A stretch of 63,587 bases of DNA, the filler included, from Octopus bimaculoides (lineage: Eukaryota), in assembly GCF_001194135.2 (NCBI RefSeq). It is 5 parts of 4 records of this genome, joined end to end, with 100 filler letters (N's around TTAATTAATTAA, not from the genome) between each part and the next. Parts side by side here need not be neighbours in the genome. Positions count along the whole stretch, not along the records: positions 37,998 to 56,059 come from NC_069004.1; positions 56,160 to 62,352 come from NC_068986.1; positions 62,453 to 63,587 come from NC_068991.1; 2 more parts are not named here. The stretch is one strand, 5' to 3'. Position 1 is the first letter of the stretch; every line of letters starts with the position of its first letter. The position numbers and the translations under genes were made by a program. This document shows, piece by piece, positions 53,445-63,587 of this stretch. The notes beneath the pieces were generated by a model that was not told where the DNA came from, did no database searches, and saw only the letters and a list, made by a program, of their open reading frames with translations.

Positions 53445-55560
53445 ATGCCATTAAAATCATATCACTTTCGTATCCCATCAAAGTCCAATCAAAATCATTG
53501 CTCCATCCCATTAAAATCTATTCAACTCCCGTTTTTGTAAACCCCTTAATATCTGTTCTACTCCCCTTTTTGTAAAATCTTTTCACCACCTCTCTATATA
53601 TTATTAGATTAACTTCACGACCCTATCACAGAAAATTAAATTGACTTCAACTCAACCAGAGTCCATTAAAATTACCTCATCATGTAATCTGAGACCATTA
53701 AAATCATATCAGTACATCATGAGATCATTAGAATTACTACAACATACCAACTGAGGTCATTAAGCTTACATCAGCTCACCATATGAAGTCAATTAAATTA
53801 CTTCAGTTTTCCATCACAGAGATTTGAGATCACCTCACCACCGCAGGAAAGACCATTGAAATCGATTCACCACCCCACCAAAGGTCATTATAATCGAGTC
53901 CCCTCACAATCAGAAATAATTAAATTGTCTTTACCACCAGACCAGAGATATGTCATCTTAGCATCCTGTCAAAGGCCTTTAAAAATCATCTTAACTCATC
54001 AGCACAAAGAGTTGAAATTACTTCACTACCCTATCACAGTCCAATGAATTGACTCTACCACCCAACAATGAACCATTAAAATCACTTCAGACCAAAATCA
54101 CAAACCATTAAATCGACATCACCATCTCATTATAGGTTATTAAATTTATTTCATTACTTTTTCACAAATCATTAAGATCTCTTCGCCGTCTAACAACGGA
54201 TCATTAAATCACTTCACCGCCTACAACGGACCATTAAATTTACTGCACCATCCCATCACATACCGTTAAATTCCTCTTCACCACCTAATCAGAGACTATT
54301 AAAATCACATGACCACCAAAAGCAAACCATGAAATTTCTTTCACCACCAAAACACAAGCCATTAAAATTATTCTACCTGTCCATCATGGATGACTAAAAT
54401 AATTTCACCACTCCATCACAGACCATTGAAATAGCTTCAACACCAAAGCAAAAACAGACCATTGACTACATTTCATTATCGGATATCATTGATACTACTT
54501 CAATACACTACAACAGAAAATGAAAATCATTTCAGCACTTCACCACCGATCACTAAAATCTCTTTATCACTCCATCATAAGACATTAAAATTGTTTCACC
54601 AAGCGATTACAGGCCATTAAAATCACTCCACCAACCATCACAAATCAATCGAACACATCAATTCTCTACCATTTATATGTGTACATACATACACACAGAT
54701 ATATTAAGACTGAGAAGGGAAGAAAGAGAGAAAGAGAGAATGTGTCTCAGAGGTTCTGTTAAATCTCAAGAAGGAAGCAAGTTTCTCTCTTTCTCTTTCT
54801 TTCTCTCTTTTTCTCTCTCTTTTTCCTTTTCTTTCTTTCTCTCCCAATTGCACATATTCTTTTATTCTTTTACTTGTTTCAGTCATTTGAAAGCGGCCAT
54901 GCTGGAGCACCGCCTCAAAGGCTTTCTTAGGTATTGAAATAATTTTAATGATCTATAAAAGGATGGTAACGTCCATTTAATGATACTCAGTGGCACTACG
55001 TGCCTCCGCCGTTACCATGGATTTTACACCGATATTGATTTAATCCGCTACCTCAGTACCCACCATCTAATCCGGGAATTGAGGTACTGCTAATCCGGTC
55101 ATTTTCAGAGCCATTAAAGACGAACATCGCTTCACTACCCGATCTCCAACCATTAAAATTTCTTCACCAACACAGACTACTAACCATTAAAAATCATTTC
55201 ACATACCATCACATTATCAATCAATCAATCAATCACTCAATCGATCAATCAATGAATACTTCAATACTCTGTCACAGATCAATGAAATCACATCGATACT
55301 CTGAAGTGATCAATCACGATTTTAAACATTCCACCGAAGATTAAGTACATCACATCAACAACAACGCGCCGATCACAGATCAATAGACTGTTTAATAGGC
55401 TATTATATCTCAATCACTTTCATTCGCTAGACTTATCAAAGATCAATGAAGTCGTTTTCAACTCCTCATCGCAGATCAATCATCTCTCTCTTCAAGACGA
55501 TGACATAAATCAATTAAAACACTTCAAAAACCCGTCACAGATCAATCAGATTATTCGATG
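53445..55560. repeat. highly diverged 32-bp tandem array (main block 53601-54670; second block 55100-55560)
   Basis: Anchor (c/t)cattaaa at 53601, 53633, 53663, 53695, 53725, 53757, 53789, 53821, 53853, 53885, 53917 ... 54041, 54073, 54105, 54137, 54169, 54201 ... 54518, 54550, 54582, 54614. Rough consensus ccattaaaatcacttcaccaccccatcacaga. Confidence 0.88.
54857..54915 (-). mobile_element. SINE A tail end inserted in the 32-bp array
   Basis: tttacttgtttcagtcatttgaaagcggccatgctggagcaccgcct. Confidence 0.85.
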
Positions 55561-55856
55561 AATAATTATACAAGTGCGGTGTATATATTATACACACACA
55601 TGCACACACACACGCAAACACGGGCACACGCACACACATATATAAATACACACATAAACATAGATAAATATAGATAAGTATATGCTTGTGTGTGTGTGCA
55701 TGTGTGTGTATATGTGTGTGTGTGCTTATGCGCTCACAAACATATGTAAAGACAGCGATGAAGAGAAAGAATGTGAATATGTCTCAGAGGGTTTGATAGA
55801 AACCAAAGAGAATGCAGTAGGCCTCTCTCTCTCTCTCTTTCTCTCTCTCTCAATCG

Positions 55857-55902
<46 letters not shown>

Positions 55903-55921
55903 CATATATATATACACATAC

Positions 55922-55958
<37 letters not shown>

Positions 55959-56159
55959 CATACATACATACATACATACATACATACATACATGCATATA
56001 GAAGCAGAACGTAATTATATAGAAAAAAAACACAAAGTGTGGGAGAATCTGCGTAAGCTNNNNNNNNNNNNNNNNNNNNNNNNNNNNNNNNNNNNNNNNN
56101 NNNTTAATTAATTAANNNNNNNNNNNNNNNNNNNNNNNNNNNNNNNNNNNNNNNNNNNN

Positions 56160-56200
<41 letters not shown>

Positions 56201-56688
56201 CTGTGTGTGTGTGTGTGTGTGTAATGTCGACTTTCCATACAACATCTTATAGTTACACACCCACTTCTGTTCCTACTCAGAGGCACCCACAAGCGGTCAA
56301 CATTTGGTCAACAATATCTCTCTTTTCTATCCATTTCTCTCTCCTTCCCCTCTCCCGTCTTCTCTCCTCTCTTGTTTACAAATCTTTCCCTGTCTATTTC
56401 TATCTGCCTCTTTCTCGATCTATCCGTGTCTTTTCACTCTTTATCACTTTCCATTTCTTTCTCTGTCCATCTCTGTAAACTACCTACTGTCTATCTTTAT
56501 TCTCTTCTTTGCCCACACTCCCTCTTACTTCCTACTTGCTCTTCCCCAACCTTCTCTACCCCTCTCTCTTCCTTCACCATTTTGGCCCATATAACCAGCC
56601 AACTTTTTTATCACGCATCTCATTTCTACTTGACCATTGCCGAGGTAAGACGTGTTTTTTCAGCTTCTGCCTAGCATTAACTTCAGAC

Positions 56689-56826
56689 TACTAGCGTAGC
56701 TAGAGTGTGTGGCGCCCAGGACGGCCCTTCCATTTGCCGCCCCCAGCCCCCACAAAAAACACATACTGACTATAGCAGACCCAAAAGTGCCGCATCTACC
56801 GTATCCACCCGCTAGCTACGCTAGTG
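56689..56826. mobile_element. hAT MITE (138 bp) with 8-bp TSD
   Basis: Perfect 14-bp TIR actagcgtagctag / ctagctacgctagt; flanks cttcagac and cttcagat. Confidence 0.85.
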
Positions 56827-57643
56827 CTTCAGATCCTCGGTTTGTCTTATCTTTTCACTTTTCATTTTATCTTGTCTTTCCTTCTGTCCTTATTCCCTTC
56901 TATCTCATCTTTCTACCCTTTTCCTGATCCCTCGTATTGTACTTTTGTTATTTTTCACGTAACGTCCCACATTTTGAAATACTTGCAATTTGTTTTTGTC
57001 TTTTTTTTTTACTGCTTATGTTTGCTTCGCTTGGTATGTCTCCCAAATCAAACAATTTAATATACAAAATATACTTCAAATTATTACACATACTGTATGT
57101 TACTCGTTTAAATTAAATCAAAAATACGCAAAAGTATATCATACTGCTTTTAGTTTTTTCGAAGTGTGATGAATTTTAAAGTTGTTAAATGAGAAAATAT
57201 TAAATTTTTGTCTGATAACGATGTTGAACGAGTAAATTTTAATACATTAATCAAAAATAGTTAAGAGAAACCCGGCTTTTCAAATATATGATCTGCTTGC
57301 ACTTGTTAACATTTTCCCTTTATTTTCATCTGAGTGTACAATTTCAAATCCACGAGAAGTAAAAGTGAGCAAAAATTTCAAATTTCTTTAGTACTGCATC
57401 ATGTCAAGGGAATGCAGGACCTCCGTAGATTGCAGAGGTGCAATCCAGCGAACAGATTAATGATAAAACTCTTCCAGCATGTCTAGAAGTTCCATCGAAA
57501 TTTTGCATATCACTAAAGCAATTTGTGACAGGATAGACATTCAGCTTTCCCAAAGGATGCAAAGGAATGCACATGCTGCCTAGACTAGTTCAAGGATGCC
57601 CCATGGCTTTATTGTGATATTCAGCCTAATGCTGTTATCTGCC

Positions 57644-57865
57644 GGCTTTCAACTGGTGGGATCACCCACCCTATTTTAGTGATTTGGCCCCGTCTGTTTC
57701 CCAATATAAAAAAAAAAGCACTTGGCTAAGGACCAATATTGCAGTGATGATGTCTTATCTGCTGTTGAAGACATTTTGACCAACAGGATAGCTTCTTCCC
57801 CGATGCGATCCAAGCAATGCAACACCGGTGAAAAAAAAAAGTTGTATGGAGGATCTTTTGTGTTT
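57644..57865 (+). pseudogene. mariner transposase C-terminal relic
   Basis: GFQLV-DHPPYFSDLAPS-FPNIKKKHLAKDQYCSDDVLSAVEDIL-DQQDSFFPDAIQAMQHR*KK; matches the mariner YSPDLAPSD region, with frameshifts. Confidence 0.85.
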
Positions 57866-57987
57866 AGCTTTCACTTTTCAATGCTTTCAATTTCGTTCCA
57901 ATTGATTTCAAATCTGGTGTGTTGATGTAGTTTTGCATGCTAATTATGGAAACGAAAGTCATTTTAAAGTTTGCAAATTTTGGGTAA

Positions 57988-59932
57988 TTATAGCCAATCG
58001 ATAGAGACATTCTCTTTTTCTCCGTGAATGTCCACAGCGAACAGTTTCGGTGTGCTTCTTAAAATGCGATAGGGTCCAGTGTAGGGAGGTGTGAGCGGTT
58101 CCTTGACGGCATCATTTCTTACAAACACGTGAGTCCAGATACAAATATCCGGAGGTACTGCAGAAGAAATAGACTGGTCACGAGGAAGCGTCGGTGGCAG
58201 GTCAGCAAAGAATGATCTGAGTCGCGTGACGTAAGACGTGGGGTCTGCATTCGGTAAGTCGACGGGCGCCGATATTTGTCCAGGAAGTGCTAGGGTGGTG
58301 TCATACAGGAGCTCAGCGGAGGAGTAGCTTAAATCCTCCTTGACAGCTGAGCGGCACCCTAGCAGAACAATGGGGAGAGACTCGGACCAACGATGAGGGT
58401 CAGGAGCCGTGCAAATAGCGGCTTTGAGCTGTCGGTAGAAACTTTCCACCATTCCGTTCGCGGCGGGATGGTAACTTGTGGTGTGGATATGCTGAACTCC
58501 AAGCAATCTCAAAAGCTCACGGAACAGACAAGCTTCAAATTGGCGTCCACGATCAGTAGTAATTTTAGAGGGTACTCCGAAGCGAGGTATCCACCCAGAG
58601 ATGAGTGCTCTGGTGACTGTTTCTGTGGAAATGTCCACGAGAGGGATGACTTCAGGCCATCCGGGAAGTAGTCGATGCAGGTCAATACATAAGTAAATCC
58701 GCAACTGACCGGCCAAGGACCAACCAGGTCGCTGTGTATGTGACGAAACCTGGTGTCCGGTGGCTGGATGTGTCCAAGAGGTGCTCTCATGAGACGATGT
58801 CTTGGAACACTGACATGGTATGTAGGCACGTGATCAAGCAGTAATAGACCGACGCATATTCGGCCAGAAAAAGCAGGCCAAGATAAGCTTTACTGTAGCC
58901 ACAATGCCAGGGTGTGACAGTGAGTGCAGTGCTTCAAAAAACAGTACGACGGTGACATTCAGAAATGAGGGGTCGTGGTAACCCGGTAGAAACATCGCAG
59001 AGAATAGTTCCTTCGGAAAAAGGCAGAGGCAGGTGTTCAGACTTGCAGCAGGAAAACTGTGGTGAAGAGACGTCCAGAGAGTCCAAGGAGGGTTGGTCAG
59101 TAGCCACAGCAACCAAATCAATCGAAGCAGGAGACAACAATGCACCGATAGGCAGGCGAGATAAGGCGTCGGCGGAGATGTTGTCAGTGCCAGCGATGTG
59201 GCGCACGTCACTAGTGAACTGTGATATGTAGTCCAAATGCCTTGTTTCTCTGAGCGAGTACCGGTCCATTTTGGCAAAGAGATCGAACGTTAGCGGTTTG
59301 TGGTCGGTTAAAATCGTAAAATCTCTACCTTCGAGAAGATAAGAGAAATGTTTCACCGCCAGGTAAATTGCTAAGAGTTCTTTACCAAACACACTGTATC
59401 TCTATTCAGCATTTTTCAGTTGGCGAGAGAAGAAAGCTAATGGCTGGCTTCGGCTGTTGACAGATTGCTCTAAAACTGCGGCAACAGCTGATGATGACGC
59501 ATCAACAGTAAGTGATGATTTTGTATCCGCAACAGGATGAGCGAGGAAGGATGCTTGAGTAAGGTCAGCTTTGACAGATTCAAAAGCTTGAATGGTTGTA
59601 ATAGACAGCGTTATCTGGGAGTCTTCTTCCCCCCCCCCCCCATTGATCTTTCAAGAGCTGGTCAAGCGGAGCGACTTCTCCGCACAGTTAGGAATGATGC
59701 GACGATAATAATTAATTAAACCAATAAAATTTCTGAGCTAGTTTAAGGAAACAGGAGGAGACAGGCGTTTGATGGCTTCCACTTCAAAGGGAAGCGGACG
59801 AATACCGTCGGCATCAATGAGATGCCCCAAGAATTCCAAGCTGGTAGAACCGAATACACACTTAGCCGGATTGATCTTCACATCATAGGAACGTAGGCGC
59901 TTGAACAGCTGGGTTAAGTGTTGGAGGTGCTA
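57988..59932 (-). pseudogene. pol: Ty3/Gypsy pol (RT C-term, RNase H, integrase with GPY motif), frameshifted and truncated at both ends
   Basis: KINPAKCVFGSTSLEFLGH; VDASSSAVAAVL..PLAFFSRQL; KELLAIYLAVKHF..TDHKPL..NISADALSRL; HSLSHPG; HSDLVGP; ITTDRGRQFE..SYHPAANGMVE; PPYTGPYRIL. Order RT-RH-INT. Confidence 0.96.
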
Positions 59933-59934
59933 GC

Positions 59935-61407
59935 ATGCAGGAACAATGAGAAAGCAACTAAAATACTAGAATGTGGTATATGTCTGTATACACAAGCTGA
60001 ATGATATATGAAAATGGTTTGATCTGTGGAGGCCATGATGTTCTGTGCATTGCCTCCTGTCTGCTAGCTGGCATGCCGTGAGAGAGAACTTGGTTTATAA
60101 CTTTACAGTCCGACGTCTTGGCGAGAAAAGAGGATGAGCTGAGTTTCTGAACCTTAATGTTGCGTAATGCCCTCTATTGTTTAACTCATTAGGCAGTCAC
60201 CGTCAGGGGCAGTAACTGAGCCTACAATATCATGGGTCTCAACAGATTTGTCCACTTTATTAAATATTTCATTTGCGGTTGTTTTGGTTCTTAGGGTTTC
60301 GCAAAACAGGAATTCGTCTTCCAGGCGATTATGTACAACGCACATAGACGCAAAGTTAGGCTAAGATGACAACATCGTCGTTGATATTGTGGGGCTTTTC
60401 GGCAATAGCTATTTTCCTTGAAGCCTCGTAGAATGCTTTCAAACCAGCCATAATGTCCAGCGAAGACATCCCTGTGTTATTAAGTCTGGATTTCGCCAAT
60501 CTGTCGGCTTCGCGTCTGAAGAAGTCGACAACTCTATTTATTGAACTGGGATACTTCGTTTTGAAGCGCTTCTTTAACTTGCTGGGCTTTAATGAAGTAG
60601 ACGCCAAAACGTTGGAACACAAGACATACTATGGTTTCTCTTCTCCTTCAAACTTTATTACTGTAAAATCAAATTTCATATAAGATTGGTCATATCTCAT
60701 TTTCTTTTACTTCTTGTTTTGGTGGGGGAGGCATTGTAAAAAGAGATAAAATTCAGTAAACCAATTTAATATAACTACATTGTATATTTATTTCGCATTT
60801 ATCATATACTACGGGTGTGCATATATGCTTTATTGTAATCAGCTTTTGGGTGTACTAATTAGCAATAAAGCTTACCTCTCACTATTAGCTTTGGAAGAAA
60901 ACCAAAGCGTATGTGAACGTTGTATTTTCGTAGATAAACCTCCGTGAATTGATAACCGTTGAGAAGACAGTTCTGTCGGAACACGTTGCCATGAAAACCA
61001 GCCATGCCTTACAAAGCCCAGCCAACATGCAGGATGAGAATGGATGTCTGGCAAAGGGCAAGGTCATGCAGGAACATGCACCGGTGAGGATAACGACAGC
61101 GAGACATGCAAACGTGTGGATTGCAGTAGTGGAGTGGTGAATCATGTGAGTGTAGAATAGCGACAGCACATGCACGATCAACCGTTATACCCGCATATTT
61201 TCCTTCAGCCAGTCACACTTATTGTACAAGTGTAATTAGGAAATGAGTGTGTAGGAGTAGCGTGGGTTTCTGAAGTCAACGGCAAAAATTGGAAGTCTTG
61301 AAATTTTTATAACTTAACTGTATCATGCCATTCGTTTTCACAATACTTCAGCGTCCTTTCGCGGTCCCCCTAAAATCGCTTCGCGGACTCCAGTTTGAGA
61401 ACCACTG
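59935..61407 (-). mobile_element. Buster-type hAT element, 5' terminus at 61407
   Basis: Terminus cgcggactccagtttgagaaccactg followed by atctagtc (nnnTAnnn); the other end was not found. Confidence 0.75.
60090..60710 (-). pseudogene. hAT (Buster/ZBED5-SCAND3-like) transposase relic, internally deleted
   Basis: YDQSY..FTV..GEEKP..LCSNVLASTSLKPSKLKKRF; AEKPHNI joined directly to DVVILA*LCVYVR; EDEFLFCETLRTKTTANEIFNKV. Confidence 0.88.
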
Positions 61408-62234
61408 ATCTAGTCCTTCCTTATTTTATGACGTTAGGATGTTCTTTCGAATGAGATTTGGTTGTCTTTTCCAGCAGTTCGATCATTACATGAACTGAAT
61501 GAACTACAGTTTGTTTTTTCGTCATTTAATGTTCTCGCTACAAAATATGTATTGTTTATATGAACTAAACTACAGTATTTCGTTTTGGGATTTGGTTTGC
61601 AAGATTCTTTATGTAAATTCGTGTGTTGAAGCATATTCTGTTGTGTCTGGAGGGAGTTATTCTCTTTTAGAAAAATAATAAGTAAATGAGTGGAAATTTT
61701 ACCGGTGTGTGTGTGTTAAATTATAAGGCACTAAAAGAAAATGACTCTCCCCAGACACAACAGAAACTACAGCATGTTTTATCATAATTTAACGTTCAGG
61801 TATTTTTTGCATTACATGATTATTCCAACATTTCACATGATTTTATTCATTAAGACTTATTAAAACGTCCATCGTTGAATGCCTTATCGTTGCAATGCTG
61901 TCATCAGTTGTAATGTTGTTACCATCACGCACAAAATGCTAGTTTCCAAATGCTCTTTTTTAATTGGGTAAAAATTATCAAACTTTAAACCACTGCAACA
62001 CACTTTTCTAAAAATGTTTTTAGAGCAGCGTGAAAAATTACATCAATATACCAAATTTGAAAATTTTCACTTAATTTTAAAATTTCGAAAAGTGAAGCCA
62101 AACAGAAAAGACCTTGTGTGGATAATAAAGAGAATTATGTTAAAAAAATTAATTTCATTTAGTTACATTCCATGATAATATCTTGGACAACCTATGAACT
62201 TTTCTGCCAACCTTTATAATAATAATAATTGTTA

Positions 62235-62274
<40 letters not shown>

Positions 62275-62555
62275 CACTGTGTTTGTTTTGATATTAAGAT
62301 TGAAAAACATCCTTGTTCGTAAAAGATTTTGGACCTGGAGTTGCACCCACTANNNNNNNNNNNNNNNNNNNNNNNNNNNNNNNNNNNNNNNNNNNNTTAA
62401 TTAATTAANNNNNNNNNNNNNNNNNNNNNNNNNNNNNNNNNNNNNNNNNNNNATACATACATACATACACACATACATACACACATACATACATACATAC
62501 ATACATATATGCCATTATAAATACATGCATACCTACACATAGTTTGTATTTCTTC

Positions 62556-62620
<65 letters not shown>

Positions 62621-62669
62621 CCTATGTTTTCTCAATGTTTCTCTGTTTGATTTTAAACACAAGGTGACA

Positions 62670-62711
<42 letters not shown>

Positions 62712-62787
62712 TGTGTATGTATGCGTATATATATATATAAATTATATGTATGTGTATGTACATGTGTATGTAACCATATATATATAC

Positions 62788-62953
62788 ACGGTAGGCTTCT
62801 TTCAGCTTCCGTCTTCCAAATCCACTGACGAAGCTTTGATGGGCCCGAGACTATAGTAGAAGACACATAACCAAGGTGTCCCACAGTTGGAATAAACCCG
62901 GAACCATGTTTGTTGGTGAGCAAGCTACTTACCACACAGCCACTCATGCGCCT
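62788..62953 (-). mobile_element. SINE A head
   Basis: ggcttctttcagcttccgtc..ccgagactatagtagaagacac..cttaccacacagccactcatgcgcc. Confidence 0.92.
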
Positions 62954-63189
62954 ACAAAACGAGTTCAGCAGACTTCGAGAAAGCCCGAGTCGCAAGAGCT
63001 GAACTCAAGAGACGGGAGAGAAAGCAGCGCCTTCTCCTTCCCAAACCAACCCCTTCTATCCCTTGTCCACAATGTCCCCGTATGCTTCATGCAACCCTTG
63101 GATTGCGGAGCCATTTGCGGTTCAAACACCCAGGAAAATTAACTGGATTGCAAGCTCGGAAACACGGGACACAGCCAACAACAACAACA
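62954..63189 (+). mobile_element. RTE (BovB-like) LINE 3' end with C2H2 zinc finger and (CAA)n tail
   Basis: ADFEKARVARAELKRRERKQRLLLPKPTPSIPCPQCPRMLHATLGLRSHLRFKH followed by caacaacaacaac. Confidence 0.78.
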
Positions 63190-63587
63190 TATACATACAT
63201 ACATACATACATGTATATAAACACAGATACACATATGTATGTACGTGTGTATGTATGTATTTATGTATGTTTGTAGGTAGGTATGTATATGTATGTATAT
63301 ATATATGTATGTATTTATGTACGTATATATGTTTCTGTCTGTGTGTCTGTGTGTCTCCATATGTGTCTGGACATAATATTACCGGCACACCAATGAATTC
63401 AATAACCGCCAATGGTGAAAGAATCCATAAATGCAAGGAAACATGATGTTACATATAGCAGAAGGGGCAGCAGCAGCAGCACCATCACCGCCACCACCAC
63501 CACCGCCACCACATGATGATGGACATGATGATGATGATAATAATGATGATCATCAACATCAACATCCTCCTCCTCCTCCTCTTCCTC
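63190..63587. repeat. (GTAT) and (CAG/CCA/GAT/CCT) microsatellites
   Basis: Directly visible. Confidence 0.85.

Noticed and set aside
53445-54670. Repeat-protein coding sequence
   Set aside because: Period is 32, not a multiple of 3; only short ORFs and no stable peptide repeat.
53445-55560. CRISPR-like look (constant head plus variable remainder)
   Set aside because: Eukaryotic context, no cas genes, the conserved part is only ~8-11 bp and imperfect, and the variable parts are mutually homologous.
57200-57520. Weak minus-strand similarity to a second hAT (ZMYM-like) transposase (MQNFDGTSRHAG..HSLDM)
   Set aside because: Only two short motifs in different frames; needs a translated search.

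Overview
AT-rich, gappy (about 7.5 kb, ~12% N) animal genomic DNA that is mostly repeat. Its SINE and MITE families match those I recall from octopus (coleoid cephalopod) genomes; this is an inference, not a database result. I found no identifiable host protein-coding gene, true tRNA/rRNA gene or CRISPR array, and nearly all ORF-track entries are microsatellite or N artefacts. Supported content: (i) two abundant tRNA-derived SINE families (A, CORE-like with an internal microsatellite; B, with a conserved GTCGAC..CCTTTCATCC..GTCGATAAA core) and rarer families; (ii) at least ten MITE-like or foldback elements (Tc1/mariner-pogo, hAT and unclassified), several nested, some with visible TSDs; (iii) decayed relics of autonomous elements: Ty3/Gypsy pol (RT-RNaseH-integrase, 57988-59932), a Gypsy LTR-PBS-gag piece (27.4-28.2 kb), a Buster-type hAT transposase, a mariner C-terminus, RTE LINE 3' ends and a probable R4/Dong-like RLE LINE; (iv) many microsatellites; (v) four identical N44-TTAATTAATTAA-N44 assembly linkers. 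The least explained structure is a 32-bp-period array at 53.4-55.6 kb whose units are highly diverged in sequence but nearly invariant in length. Also worth follow-up: a possible link between SINE B, (TAA)n targets and an RLE LINE; a microsatellite-armed inverted-repeat element; a triple nest; and one unidentified exon-like 67-codon stretch at 30.6-30.8 kb.
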